From an uncultured delta proteobacterium (GTDB lineage: Bacteria > Myxococcota > Myxococcia > Myxococcales > Anaeromyxobacteraceae), in assembly GCA_963766715.1 (NCBI GenBank), contig CAVYBH010000008.1:224001-288000 (forward strand): a stretch of 64,000 nt of DNA, given 5' to 3'. Numbering within the stretch: position 1 is the stretch's first letter; every line of letters starts with the position of its first letter. The translations under genes were made by a program, and so were the position numbers. The notes beneath the pieces were generated by a model, which was given only the letters and a program-made list of their open reading frames with translations, was not told where the DNA came from and made no database searches. This document shows, one piece after another, positions 10,544-21,499 of the stretch.

Positions 10544-11830
10544 GGCTCCCCCACCTGCATGCGGCCGACCTCGGCGAGCACGCGCGACGCCTCCACCGGC
10601 GCCAGGCAGTTCTTCACCTCGAAGAGCGCGAAGGAGAGGTAGGACTCGAGCGCGTCCAGCGCGCGGGCGCGCGCCGCCGGGCCGGGGCGTCCCGAGCCCT
10701 CGCCGACGTTGAGCAGCAGCTGGCCCACGTCGATGTCTCCCTCGGCGCCGATGCGCACGCCGTCGAACACCGCGCGCCGGCCCGGGGGGAGCCGCTCGAA
10801 GAAGCTCTCCAGGCGGCGCCCGGCGTCGGGCTGGACGCGGGACAGCTCCTCGAACACGTGGCGGATGATGCGGGCGTAGGCCTCGAACGGACCGCCCGCG
10901 GGAACGGCCCGCTCCGGTGCTCCCTCCGGCTCGGAGGCGCGGGGGGCCGCACGGGCCACCCAGCCGCTCCGCACCAGCTCGTCGAGGATGCGCATCCCCT
11001 CGTAGGTCCCCAGCCAGGCGTCGTCGAGCGCGCGCCGGACGGTCCGGACGCCGTCGAGGGTGTCGAGCAGCCGCCGGCCCTTCTCTCCCGGATCGCCGGA
11101 TCCTCCCGCGGTCCGGACGGCGACGGCGTCGCGCTCCGGCAAGCCCGGCGCGAGCCGCTCCACCTCTTCCCGCCTCCGCATCCCCTCGAGGAGCAGGTCG
11201 CGGGTGCGCTCGGGCAACCGCACGGCGTTCCGCTCGTCGGCTCGCCCCTCCACGAAGACGAACTCCCCGTCCGCGTCGAGGAAGGCGCCGAGCACGATGT
11301 CGCGGATCTGGAGGCCCATGGCGCCGTAGAGCTGGCCGGGGTCGAGGAGCCCCTCCTCCACGAGCACCTGCCCGAGCGGCCGCGCCGCCTGCCACCAGCC
11401 GGCCGCAGCGCGCGAGCTCCTCGGCCGGGACCAGCCCGTTTCGCCAGAGCACCGCGCCCAGGCGATCGGCGCGCTCGCTGGAGGACGCGAAGGTCACCTG
11501 GCCGTCGCGGAAGCTCACCGTCTTGCGGCGGAGCCCCTCCGGCGCGTCCGGCAGCTTGGCGTCGTGGCCGCCCGCCCCGAAGGACAGGAGCAGCGTGCCG
11601 GTCTTCAGCGAGGTCGACAGGAAGTGGAAGACCTCGGGCGCCGAGAGCGACCGCAGCGACCCGGCCAGGTAGGGCGCGGGCAGCTCGCGCCGGGCGCCGC
11701 GCAGCATCGCGAAGGCGCCGGGCACCGACTGCATCTCCACCGGATCGCCGTCGAGGAGGCCGAGGAGGTCGGCCTCGCGACGCGGCAGGCCGATGCGTCC
11801 CTCGGGACCGATGGCGAGCGTGAAGCGCAC
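10540..11830 (-). CDS. DUF4388 (PatA-N-like) domain protein (frameshift near 11385)
   Basis: [43 protein letters not shown], and LLLEGMRR in the second frame. Confidence 0.75.
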
Positions 11831-11837
11831 GGCTCCC

Positions 11838-13566
11838 TCACTTCACCTCGGCTTCCAGGAGCGCCCGCGCGCGGGCCTCCAGGTCAGCCAGCGGCACGAG
11901 ATCGACCTGCTTGCCCCGACGCAGCTTCCACTCCACCTTGCCCTCGGCGAGCCCCCGCTTCCCCACCGCGATCCGCAGCGGGATGCCGATCAGGTCGGCG
12001 TCCTTGAACTTCACCCCGGCCCGCTCGTCGCGGTCGTCGAAGAGGACCTCCATCCCGGCGCGCCCGAGCGCGGCGGCGACCTCCTCCGCGGCCTTCGCAG
12101 CTCCGGCTCCTTGCCCATGGTGAGCACCGTGGCGTGGAACGGGGCGATGGAGAAGGGCCAGACGATCCCGTCGGCGTCGTGGTGCAGCTCGACGGCGGCC
12201 GCCATGACCCGCTCCACCCCGATGCCGTAGCTCCCCATGACGATGGGCGTCTCCTTGCCGTCGGCGAGCAGGACGTTCGCTCCCATCGACACCGAGTACT
12301 TGGTGCCCGAGCTTGAAGATGTGCCCCACCTCCAGCGCCTTGAAGAGCTCGAGCGTGCCGTCACACTGGGTGCACCCCTCGCCGGACTTCACCTTGCGCA
12401 GGTCGGCGAGGCGCCCGGCGGCGACGTCCCGCTTCACGTCCACGCCCTCGAGGTGGACGTCGTTCTCGTTCGCACCCGTGACCATCCCGGCCGCGTCGGC
12501 GAGGGTGGCGTCCACGAACACCGGGACGTGGCGGACGCCCACGGCGCCGAGCGATCCGGCATCGGCGCCCAGCAAGCGGCCGGATCTCCTCCGGGCGGGC
12601 CGGGCGGACCAGGGCCGCGCCGGTGGCGGTCTGGAGCTTGGCCTCGTCGAGCTCGTCGTCGCCGCGGACCACGGCCAGGACCGGCTTCTCGTCGCCCATG
12701 TAGACGAGCGTCTTCAGCTGCCGCGCGGCGGGGCGGCCGTGCGGGGCGCGCTCCAGCGCCTCGATGGTGCGCACGCCCGGGGTGGGGAACTTGCGCGGCG
12801 CGTCGAGCCGCTCGCCCGCGTCGAGGGGCCGGGCCGGTCCCCGGCTCCGGGCCGTCTCGGTGTTGGCGGCGTAGCGGCACTTCGGGCAGGCGGCGACGTC
12901 GTCCTCGCCGGCGTCGGTCCGGACCATGAACTCCTGCGAGCCGGAACCGCCCATCGCGCCGGAGTGGGCCTGCACCGCCACGAAGTCGAGGCCGCACCGG
13001 GTGAAGATCTTCTCGTAGGCCCGGCGCTGATCCTCGTAGCTCCTGTCGAGTCCGGCCGCGTCCACGTCGAAGGAGTAGGCGTCCTTCATGGTGAACTGGC
13101 GGACCCGGAGCACCCCGGACTTGGGCCGCGGCTCGTCGCGGAACTTGGTCTGGATCTGGTACCAGACCTGCGGGAGCTGCCGGTAGCTGCGCAGCTCGTC
13201 CCGGGCGATCGCCGTGAAGATCTCCTCGTGGGTCATGCCCAGGCAGTAGTCGGCGCCCTTCCGGTCCTTCAGGCGGAACATGTTCTCGCCCATCACGTCC
13301 CAGCGGCCGCTCTCCTTCCAGATCTCCGCCGGGTGGAGCGCCGGCAGGTGGAATTCCTGGCCGCCGATGGCGTCCATCTCCTCCCGGACGATCCGCTCGA
13401 CCTTGGCGAGCGAGCGGCGGGCCAGCGGCAGGTGATCGTAGATCCCGGCGCCGAGCTGGCGGATGAACCCGGCGCGGACGAGCAGCCGGTGGGAGGCGAC
13501 CTGCGCGTCGGCGGGCGCTTCCTTCAGCGTGGGGATGAACATCTGGCTGTAGCGTGCGAGTTGCAT
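11838..13566 (-). CDS. proS: Proline--tRNA ligase (several frameshifts)
   Basis: [83 protein letters not shown]. Confidence 0.95.
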
Positions 13567-13638
13567 GGTGGCCGCGTTTATACCCCACCGGGAGCCGGAG
13601 GAACGAACGTCCGATGGGTTCGGGCCGACCCGCCGGCG

Positions 13639-15112
13639 TCAGGGACGGTGCACGCCGCAGAGGGCCTCGTAGCCGGACAGCCGCTCCTCGAGCCGCATGC
13701 GTCCTTCCGGGCCGCCCCGCTCGGGATAGACGTCGATGGCGCGCCGGGCGGCCAGCACCGCCTGCCCGCAGTTGCCGAGGTCGGCGCTCACCGCGCCGTA
13801 GGTGTCGAGGACCTCCGGGCTGAACGGGAGAGAGCTGGACCGGCTTCCGGGACGGCGGGAGCGCCTCGCCCGGACCGCCCCGCCTCGAGGAGCAGGCGGG
13901 CCAGGGCGGAGAGCGCCAGGGGGTTCTCCGGGCGCGAGGTCGACGGCGCGGCGGAGCGCGGCCTCGCGCTCGGCCCGGTCGGCGGCGGGGAGCGAGTCGG
14001 CGAGGAAGCTCCAGGCGCGCGAGTCGCCGGGGTGTCCCTTCACCGAGACGCGGGCCAGCGGGAGCGGGATCGATCCCGTCCTGCCGGGCCAGCAGGCGAA
14101 GCAGGACGGGATGCGCCGGGTCCTCGGCGAGCGCCTCGGCGAGCTCGCGCCGGCGGGCCTCCTCGTCGCCCTCGCCGGTCCGCCCTGCGCTCCAGAGCAG
14201 CAGGCGGACGGCATGGACCTCGGCCGGCGCCACCGGCTGCTCGGCGAACACCGGCGCCGGGATCGACGGTCACCGGGCGCCCCTGGAAGCGGCCGTTGCG
14301 CGCCCAGGCGTCGAGCTGCGTGTCGAGGAGGTCGAGCGCGCCCGGGCACGCGCGGGTCCCACTCCGGGAAGGTGGTCGCGGAACGCCTCGTCCGGGTCCG
14401 CGGCTCCGGCCAGGCGGGCCTCGAAGGCCGCCCGAGCCGATCGGGCTCCTGGCTCGTCAGGAAGTGCACGAGCAGCCAGGCGGCGTCGTAGTACGCGCCG
14501 AGGCTCTCCGGGGGCACGTCGCCGTTCCAGGCGAGCAGCCGGGCCGCCGGGATGCGCTGCGGCCGGGTGAGCGGGCGGCGCCCGGGCGGGAGCGCCTCGG
14601 TGACCATCCGCCGCCCCCTGGCGGTGACGCCGATGGTCTCGGCCCAGGTCGCGAGCCCCTCGGAGAGCCAGCGCGGAGTCGCGGAGCAGGACGTAGGAGG
14701 CCACGTGGTGGGCGAGCTCGTGCGCCAGCACCCGGCGCTGCTCCGTCCCGAGGCTTTCCCGGCATGACGATTCTTGGGGTCCGACGCGCCGCTCGCGTAG
14801 TAGGCGGCCGCGCCGCCGGGCGCGAACGACTCGAAGTCGGCCGTGGACCGGAAGGCGATGACGGTCGGACGGACCGGCGGATTGTGGCGGTTCCGGAAGA
14901 GGGAGGTGGCCACCCCGGTGCGGACCCGGTCGAGCTCCCGGGACAGCTCGCGGGCGTCGCTCGGAGTCGAGGTCGGTCACCACCACGAAGTGCTCGGAGT
15001 ACACGGCGCGCCACGCCGGGCCCCCGCTCGCCTCGCAGCGGAACGACGGGCGCGACGTGGCGCACCCGGCAAGGGCGGCCGTGAAGGCCGCGGCCAGGCA
15101 GGCGCGCCGCAT
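13639..15112 (-). CDS. Lipoprotein with HExxH zinc-peptidase-like (DUF1570) domain and C-terminal TPR-like repeats (multiple frameshifts)
   Basis: Lipobox LAGC; SEHFVVVTDL; VLAHELAHH; PRWLSEGLA; YDAAWLLVHFL; helical C-terminus. Confidence 0.65.
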
Positions 15113-15135
15113 GGCGCCATTGTACGCCCGTACCC

Positions 15136-16113
15136 CTAGGCGGCGGGCTCGATGCGCCCGGTACCGGCCGTTCCGTGCCGGATCACGCGGCTGTAGAGCG
15201 TGATCTCGGGATCGGTGAGGAACCGCCAGAGGAGCGCGGACCAGCTCCGGTGGAAGTGCAGCGGCTCGTAGAGCTCGGGCGCCATCTTCTTGAGGGCCGG
15301 CAGCCGGCTCCAGGGAACGCGCATGAGGTCGTGGTGCTCGTTGTGGTAGCCGACGTTCAGCGCCACCACGTTCATGGGCCCGTAGTAGGAGAAGGTCTCC
15401 TGGTTCCCCGGGAACGTGAGGTAGTGCTCCTGGATCCAGCGCGCGCCCACCGGGTGGAGCCCGATCGCGAAGGCGGAGGACATGAACAGGTAGCCGAGCG
15501 CCATCCAGCCGGCGAAGTGGACCACCGCGAGGACGAAGGCCACCTGGACGGTCACGTTCGCGATGTACCAGGCGTCCCAGAGCTTGATCCGCTTCAGCTG
15601 CGTGGCCCGCAGCCCCTGGGCGAGGAAGTAGAAGAGGAGCCAGAGGGTCTTGCGCACGGTGGAGCGCCCGACCAGGCGCGCCTCGGCGGGGGCGGCCAGG
15701 TCCGCGTCGATCTCCGGGTCCCCCTGCCAGGCGTGGTGGAGCAGGTGGTAGCGCCGAAAGGCGATGGCGCCCGGGAAGACGATGGGGAGGTTGGCGACGA
15801 GCGCGGCGAGCGAGTTCACCCAGGGAGTGCGCACGATCAGGTTGTGGGAGGCCTCGTGGATGAGGACCCACAGCGCGTGGTCGGCGACCGCGCCGAGGAG
15901 CCACGCCGCCGCCAGCACGATCCAGAAGCTCTGGTCCCGCAGGACCCACGCCATCGCCAGCTGCAGCCCGACGACGCCCAGCAGGATGATCCCCGACATC
16001 GGCTCCGGGCCCTGCAGCAGCTTCGCCTCCGGGTGGGCGGCGAGCAGGCGGCGGGTCCGCTCCCGGTGCGGTTCCGGGTAGTCGACGCAGCGGAAGTCGA
16101 GGGGTTCGGCCAT
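15136..16113 (-). CDS. Sphingolipid delta-4 desaturase/C4-hydroxylase (DEGS/DES1 family)
   Basis: Lipid_DES-type N-terminus DF..VDYPEPHRERTRRLLAAHPE; His boxes HEASH, HLLHH and HNEHH; GLHPVGARWIQEH; ETFSYYG. Confidence 0.85.
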   Translation of the reverse strand: MAEPLDFRCVDYPEPHRERTRRLLAAHPEAKLLQGPEPMSGIILLGVVGLQLAMAWVLRDQSFWIVLAAAWLLGAVADHALWVLIHEASHNLIVRTPWVNSLAALVANLPIVFPGAIAFRRYHLLHHAWQGDPEIDADLAAPAEARLVGRSTVRKTLWLLFYFLAQGLRATQLKRIKLWDAWYIANVTVQVAFVLAVVHFAGWMALGYLFMSSAFAIGLHPVGARWIQEHYLTFPGNQETFSYYGPMNVVALNVGYHNEHHDLMRVPWSRLPALKKMAPELYEPLHFHRSWSALLWRFLTDPEITLYSRVIRHGTAGTGRIEPAA

Positions 16114-16148
16114 GGGCGAGGGGGCTCCGGGTTCGACGTGGGGCGCTG

Positions 16149-16188
16149 GAAGCGAAACCGCCCCCGCGCCACGGGGGCGCGGGGGCGG
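16149..16188 (-). terminator. Intrinsic terminator of the porin gene
   Basis: 13-bp stem CCGCCCCCGCGCC/GGCGCGGGGGCGG followed on the minus strand by TTTCGCTT. Confidence 0.7.
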
Positions 16189-16212
16189 GAGAATGCTACT
16201 CCTTCGTTGCGG

Positions 16213-17506
16213 CTAGAAGTAGTAGTTGAACGTCGCCGTGATCTGGTTCGCCTTGATCACGTTGTCGGCGTTCAGCTGGGCCTGCGTGTTCGTCGCCGCA
16301 GCGGCGACGTTCATGGTCGCGCGGGAGTACAGCCACTCCGCGCCCATCGCGAAGCCACCGGTCTGGTAGCGGATCATGCCGACGTTGTTGATGTTCCGCA
16401 TGATCGACATGTTGGCCGCGAAGATGTTGCTGTAGAGCGGGTGGTCGATGCCGAAGGTGTACCAGATCGAGAACTCCTTCGAGAAGTTCAGGCCGGCCTG
16501 ACCCCAGGCGCCGTAGCCGAACACGTCACCCTTGTAGGTGGCGGGGACGGGCTGGACCACGTTGCCGAGCACCGGGTAGGTGTTCTTGCCGTACCAGGCG
16601 CTGCCCTGGACGACGACCATGCCGGTGTCGAGCTTCATGCCGACGTTGCCGAGGGCGGTGGTGAGGGTCGTCCAGTTGGCCTTGTCCTCGATGACGCCGG
16701 GGCCGTTGCGGTCCTCGACCTGCCAGTGGCCGCCGATCCAGACGTCGAGCATCTTGCCCATCGACAGCTTGCCGCGGGCCTCGAGGGCCGGGAGGCCGGA
16801 GGAGACGCCGAGGCCGACGTTGTCGGCCAGGACGGTGTTCTGCCAGCCAGCGCGCTGGATCGACCAGGCGAACTCGAACTTCGTGTCGCCGCCGAAGGTG
16901 TGGTAGCCGAAGATGCCCGGCTGCCTCCAGCCGACCGTGCCGGCCCCGTACGTCATGGGGAAGGCGATGCCGCGGAGGGACTGCGGGATCATGCCGACGA
17001 TGAGCATGTTCTGCTGGCCGAACTGCAGCGTGGTGTTCGCCCACTTCAGCTCGGTGTAGGCGAGGCGGACGCGGGGGAAGATCGAGACGTCGCCGAAGCC
17101 GCCGGGGCCGTCGCCGCCGAAGAGGTCGAACTCGACGACCGCCTTCGGGGTGGCGCCGCCGAGGATCTCGCGGGCCGCGCACGGAGAAGTTGAGCCGGGT
17201 CTGGCGGATGTCGGCGCCGAAGAGCGGCTTGTCCGTGTCCCAGCGCTTCAGGGCGTTGAGGGCCTGCTGGCCGTTGGCCGGCGCGGTGCCGACGCCGAAC
17301 TGGGCGTCCTGGAAGTACAGCGACATCGAGGTGAAGCCGTGGAGCTCGAACACGAAGTCGGGCGGCTTCGGCGTCTCCTTGACGACCACGGTGACCGTTT
17401 CGGTCTTCTTCTCCTCCACGACCACATTCTGCGCGGGTGTCGCCTGGGCAAGTGCCAGGCCGGCGTATCCGAGAACTGCCAGACTGAAGAGAGCCTTGAT
17501 TCTCAC
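16213..17506 (-). CDS. Outer-membrane porin-like protein (frameshift near 17175)
   Basis: Signal peptide; RQTRLNF and PRVRLAY porin-like motifs; C-terminal aromatic FNYYF; GGAGG RBS. Confidence 0.75.
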
Positions 17507-17822
17507 GTTTATCCTCCGGTTCGACCGTGCGGGAACGGCGCCAACGCCGGGGCGGCGGCCTCTCGGCGAGTGTGCAAACTTCTCGCATGCGTTTGGTGAC
17601 ATCGCAAGTTGCGGCGCGTCATGCCCCCCGACGGGACCCGAAAACTTGACGACGCTCAATTTCGTCATTGACGGACCGGAAACGTACACGCACGGGCTGG
17701 GGGCGTGCGCCTAGCCCCTCAAGGGGGATTTCGAGGTCCCGGGGCGACTTTTCGCTCCACTTGTCCCGGCGTCGCCGCGGGTGATACGAAACTCGGTCCC
17801 CACCTCGTCACCTGGAGGTCGA

Positions 17823-18941
17823 ATGAAGCCCAATGTTCGCTGGCTCGCCGCCGCGGCGGCCGCCCTTCTCGCCGCTCCCTCCCTCGCCTCGGCCGAACCC
17901 GTCAAGATCGGCGCGGCCTTCTCCATCACCGGAAACGCCGCCGCCTACGGCGCCCAGCAGAAGTACGGCGTGCAGGCCGCCATCGACGACGTGAACAAGA
18001 GCGGCAAGCTGAAGGGCGTCACGCTCGAGCTCGTCCTCGAGGACGACGGCACCTCCAAGGAGCAGGGCATCGCGGTCTACCAGCGCTTCATCAACCGCGA
18101 CAAGGTGAGCGCCATCATCGGTCCGACGCTCTCCACCACCGCCACGGCAGCCGACCCCATCGCCCAGGGCGGGAAGACCCCGGTGGTCGCGGTGTCGAAC
18201 ACCGCGCCCAAGGGCATCACCGACATCGGCGACTACATCTGGCGCGTCTCCCTCACCGAGGGCCAGGTCATCCCGTCCGCGCTCCAGATTGCGAAGGCCA
18301 AGCTCGGCTTCAAGACGGCCGCCATCCTCTACGGCAACGACGACGTCTTCACCAAGGCGGGGTTCGACGTCATGAAGGCCGCGCTCGAGGCCCAGGGCGT
18401 GCAGATCCTCGACATCCAGACCTTCGCCACCAAGGACCGCGACTTCAACGCGCAGCTCACCGCGCTGAAGGCCAAGAACCCCGAGTTCCTCATGGTGTCC
18501 GCGCTCGTCGAGCAGGCCGCCGCCATCGTGAGCCAGGCCCGCCAGCTGGGCTGGAACGTGCCCGTCATGGGCGGCAACGGCTTCAACTCCCCCAAGTTCA
18601 TGGCCAACGCCGGCCCGGCCGCCGAGGGCGTGCTCGTCGGGACGGCCTGGAACAAGGCCTCCACCGACCCGGTGAACCTGGCGTTCATCGCCGGCCAGAA
18701 GGCCCGCGGCAACGACCCCGACCAGTTCTGCGCCCAGGCCTACACCGGCGTGCTGGTCATCGCCGACGCCATCGCCCAGGCCGGCATGAAGGGCGGCCGC
18801 GACGACATCAAGGCCGGCTTCGCCAAGGTGAAGGACCTGCCCACGCCGCTCGGCAAGTTCTCCTTCCTGCCCAACCGCGACGGCAACCACGCGGCGGCGG
18901 TCCAGGTCGTGAAGAACGGGAAGTTCGAGATCCTGCAGTAG
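17823..18941 (+). CDS. Branched-chain amino acid ABC transporter substrate-binding protein (LivK/LivJ family)
   Basis: Signal peptide; VKIGAAFSITG, LVLEDD and AIIGP of the Peripla_BP_6 family; heads the liv operon. Confidence 0.9.
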   Translation: MKPNVRWLAAAAAALLAAPSLASAEPVKIGAAFSITGNAAAYGAQQKYGVQAAIDDVNKSGKLKGVTLELVLEDDGTSKEQGIAVYQRFINRDKVSAIIGPTLSTTATAADPIAQGGKTPVVAVSNTAPKGITDIGDYIWRVSLTEGQVIPSALQIAKAKLGFKTAAILYGNDDVFTKAGFDVMKAALEAQGVQILDIQTFATKDRDFNAQLTALKAKNPEFLMVSALVEQAAAIVSQARQLGWNVPVMGGNGFNSPKFMANAGPAAEGVLVGTAWNKASTDPVNLAFIAGQKARGNDPDQFCAQAYTGVLVIADAIAQAGMKGGRDDIKAGFAKVKDLPTPLGKFSFLPNRDGNHAAAVQVVKNGKFEILQ

Positions 18942-18959
18942 CCCACGGGACCGCACCGC

Positions 18960-19838
18960 GTGGGGCAGCAGATCGTCAACGGCCTGTTCCTGGGGAGCAT
19001 CTACGCGCTCTTCGCGCTGGGGTACACGCTGGTCTTCGGCGTGCTCGACATCCTCAACCTCGCGCACCAGGCCGTCTTCATGATCTGCGCCTACGCGGCG
19101 CTGGTCCTCGTCGCCCACCTCCACATGCCGATGGTGGCGGCGTTCCCGGTGGCGGTGCTCGCCGGCGGGCTCCTCGGCATGCTGGTGGACCGGGTCGCCT
19201 TCCGGCCGCTGCGCGGGCGCAGCGACTCCAACATCGCCGGGCTCATCAGCTCCATCGCGCTGGCCACCATCCTGGAGGCGGTGGTGTCGCAGATCTTCGG
19301 GCCGGACGTGGAGCGCTTCCCGTTCGGCACGGTGCCCACCCGGACGCTGAAGATCGGCGACGCGGTGGTCTCCGAGCTCCAGCTCGTCATCATCGCCATC
19401 GCGGTGGCCATGCTGGTGGGCCTGACCTGGCTGCTCCGCCGGACCCTGCTCGGGCGGCGCATCCGGGCCGTGGCGGAGAGCCCCCGGGCGGCGAAGGTGC
19501 TGGGCGTGGACGTGGACCGCATCATCTCCGCCTCCTTCTTCCTGTCCTCGGCGCTGGGGGCGGCCGCCGGCGTGCTCTTCGGGCTGGCCTTCAACAACGT
19601 GGCCCCGGACATGGGCCGGTCGGTGGAGCTGAAGGGGCTCGCGGTCATCGTCCTCGGCGGCATGGGGAGCATGCCCGGGGCGGCGCTGGCCGGACTGGCG
19701 CTGGGCCTCCTCGAGGTCTTCACGGTGGCCACCATCGGCTCCTCCTACCGGGACGTGGTGGCCTTCGGCGTCCTCTTCCTGGTGCTGGTCCTGCGCCCGC
19801 GCGGGCTGTTCGGCTCCGCCGCCCTCCGCGAGGCCTGA
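18960..19838 (+). CDS. livH: Branched-chain amino acid ABC permease
   Basis: QQIVNGLFLGSIYALFALGYTLVFG, LNLAH, GRRIRAVAE, VLGGMGS. Confidence 0.9.
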   Translation: MGQQIVNGLFLGSIYALFALGYTLVFGVLDILNLAHQAVFMICAYAALVLVAHLHMPMVAAFPVAVLAGGLLGMLVDRVAFRPLRGRSDSNIAGLISSIALATILEAVVSQIFGPDVERFPFGTVPTRTLKIGDAVVSELQLVIIAIAVAMLVGLTWLLRRTLLGRRIRAVAESPRAAKVLGVDVDRIISASFFLSSALGAAAGVLFGLAFNNVAPDMGRSVELKGLAVIVLGGMGSMPGAALAGLALGLLEVFTVATIGSSYRDVVAFGVLFLVLVLRPRGLFGSAALREA

Positions 19839-19844
19839 TCGCGC

Positions 19845-20745
19845 GTGTCGCCCGGCGCCCTCCAGGACCTCTGGCTCACCTACCAGTCCACCGTGGCCTT
19901 CGTCGGGCTGAACGGGCTTCTTGCACTATCCGTGTACACCACCCTCTCCTGCGGACAGCTCTCGCTGGCCCAGGCGGCCTTCATGGCCATCGGCGCCTAC
20001 GCGTCGGCCATCCTCACCTTCCACACCCAGGCCCCCTTCCTCGTGAACCTGGCGGTGGCCACCCTCCTCCCCGCCCTGGTCGCCATCCCCCTGGGCCTGC
20101 CCGTCCTGCGGCTGAAGGGGGTCTTCCTGGCCATCGCCACCATCGGCTTCGGCGAGGTGGTGCGCCTCTTCTTCGTGAACCTCGACTTCACGAACGGCGC
20201 CCTCGGCCTCACGGCCGTCCCCCAGCGCACCTCCATCTGGATGATCTACCTGGCGCTCCTCGCGGCCCTCTTCGTGCTCTGGCGGATCCGCGGCTCCCGC
20301 GTGGGGTACGCCCTCGAGGCCATCCGCGAGGACGAGCCGGCGGCCCGGACCATGGGCATCCACGCGGCGCGCTACAAGCTCGCCATGCTGGCGCTGGGCG
20401 CCGCCTTCGCCGGCCTGGCCGGCGCGCTGGAGGCCCACTACACCTTCATGGTCGCGCCCGGCACCTACTCCTTCACCCGCGTGGTGGACATGCTGGTCTA
20501 CGCGGTGGTGGGCGGCACCTCGGTCTTCTACGGGCCCGGTGGTCGGCGCCACCTTCCTCACGCTGCTCCCCGAGGTGCTCCGGGAGATCAGCTCGCGGAT
20601 CGGGCTCGCGCCCGGGCCGGTGCGGCTCTTCGTGAACGGCCTCGTGCTCCTGCTCGTGATCCTCTTCCTGCCCGCGGGCATCTCCTCCCTTCCGACCCGG
20701 CTGCGCGCCTGGCGGCGGTCGAGGCGGGAGGCCCATGCTGCTTGA
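19845..20745 (+). CDS. livM: Branched-chain amino acid ABC permease (frameshift near 20535)
   Basis: GQLSLAQAAFMAIGAY, LRLKGVFLAIATIGFGE, AIREDEPAA. Confidence 0.9.
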
Positions 20746-21499
20746 GCTCCGGGAAGTCCGCCGGACCTTCGGCGGGCTGGCGGCGGTGGACGGCGCCTCC
20801 TTCGCGGTCGGCGCGGGCGAGGTCCACGGGCTCATCGGCCCGAACGGCGCGGGGAAGACCACGCTCCTCAACCTCGTCTCCGGGCTCATCCCGCCCACCT
20901 CCGGCGCCATCGCGCTCGACGGGGTCCGGCTCGACGGGCTCCCGCCCCACCGGATCGCCGGGCTGGGCGTGACCCGCACCTACCAGAACATCCGGCTCTT
21001 CCCGGCGCTCTCCGCCGCCGACAACGTGCTCGTCGGCGCGCACCTGAAGCGGCACGCGCCGCTCTGGCGCCGCATGCTCTTCCTCCCCTCCGCCGGCGTG
21101 GAGGAGCGGGCGGCGCAGGAGGCGTCCTTGGCGCTCCTCGAGCGGGTGGGGCTCTCCGCGCGGGCCGGGGAGCGGGCCAGCAACCTCTCCTACGGCGAGC
21201 AGCGCCGCGTCGAGATCGCGCGCGCCCTCGCCTCGGCGCCCCGGGTGATGCTGCTCGACGAGCCCACCGCGGGGATGAACCCGGGGGAGGTGGCCGCCAT
21301 CGCCGAGCTCATCCGCGGGGTGGCCCGGGCCGGCCACTCGGTGCTGCTCGTCGAGCACAACGTGAAGCTGGTGATGGACGTGTGCGACCGGATCACCGTG
21401 CTCGACTTCGGCAAGGTCATCGCCGACGGGACGCCGGCCGAGGTGGCGCGGGATCCCGCCGTGATCGCCGCCTACCTGGGCGGGGAGGCCGCGGCGTGA
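20735..21499 (+). CDS. livG: Branched-chain amino acid ABC ATP-binding protein
   Basis: FGGLAAV, GPNGAGKTT, LSYGEQRRVEIARAL, LLDEP, AAYLG. Confidence 0.9.
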   Translation: MLLELREVRRTFGGLAAVDGASFAVGAGEVHGLIGPNGAGKTTLLNLVSGLIPPTSGAIALDGVRLDGLPPHRIAGLGVTRTYQNIRLFPALSAADNVLVGAHLKRHAPLWRRMLFLPSAGVEERAAQEASLALLERVGLSARAGERASNLSYGEQRRVEIARALASAPRVMLLDEPTAGMNPGEVAAIAELIRGVARAGHSVLLVEHNVKLVMDVCDRITVLDFGKVIADGTPAEVARDPAVIAAYLGGEAAA

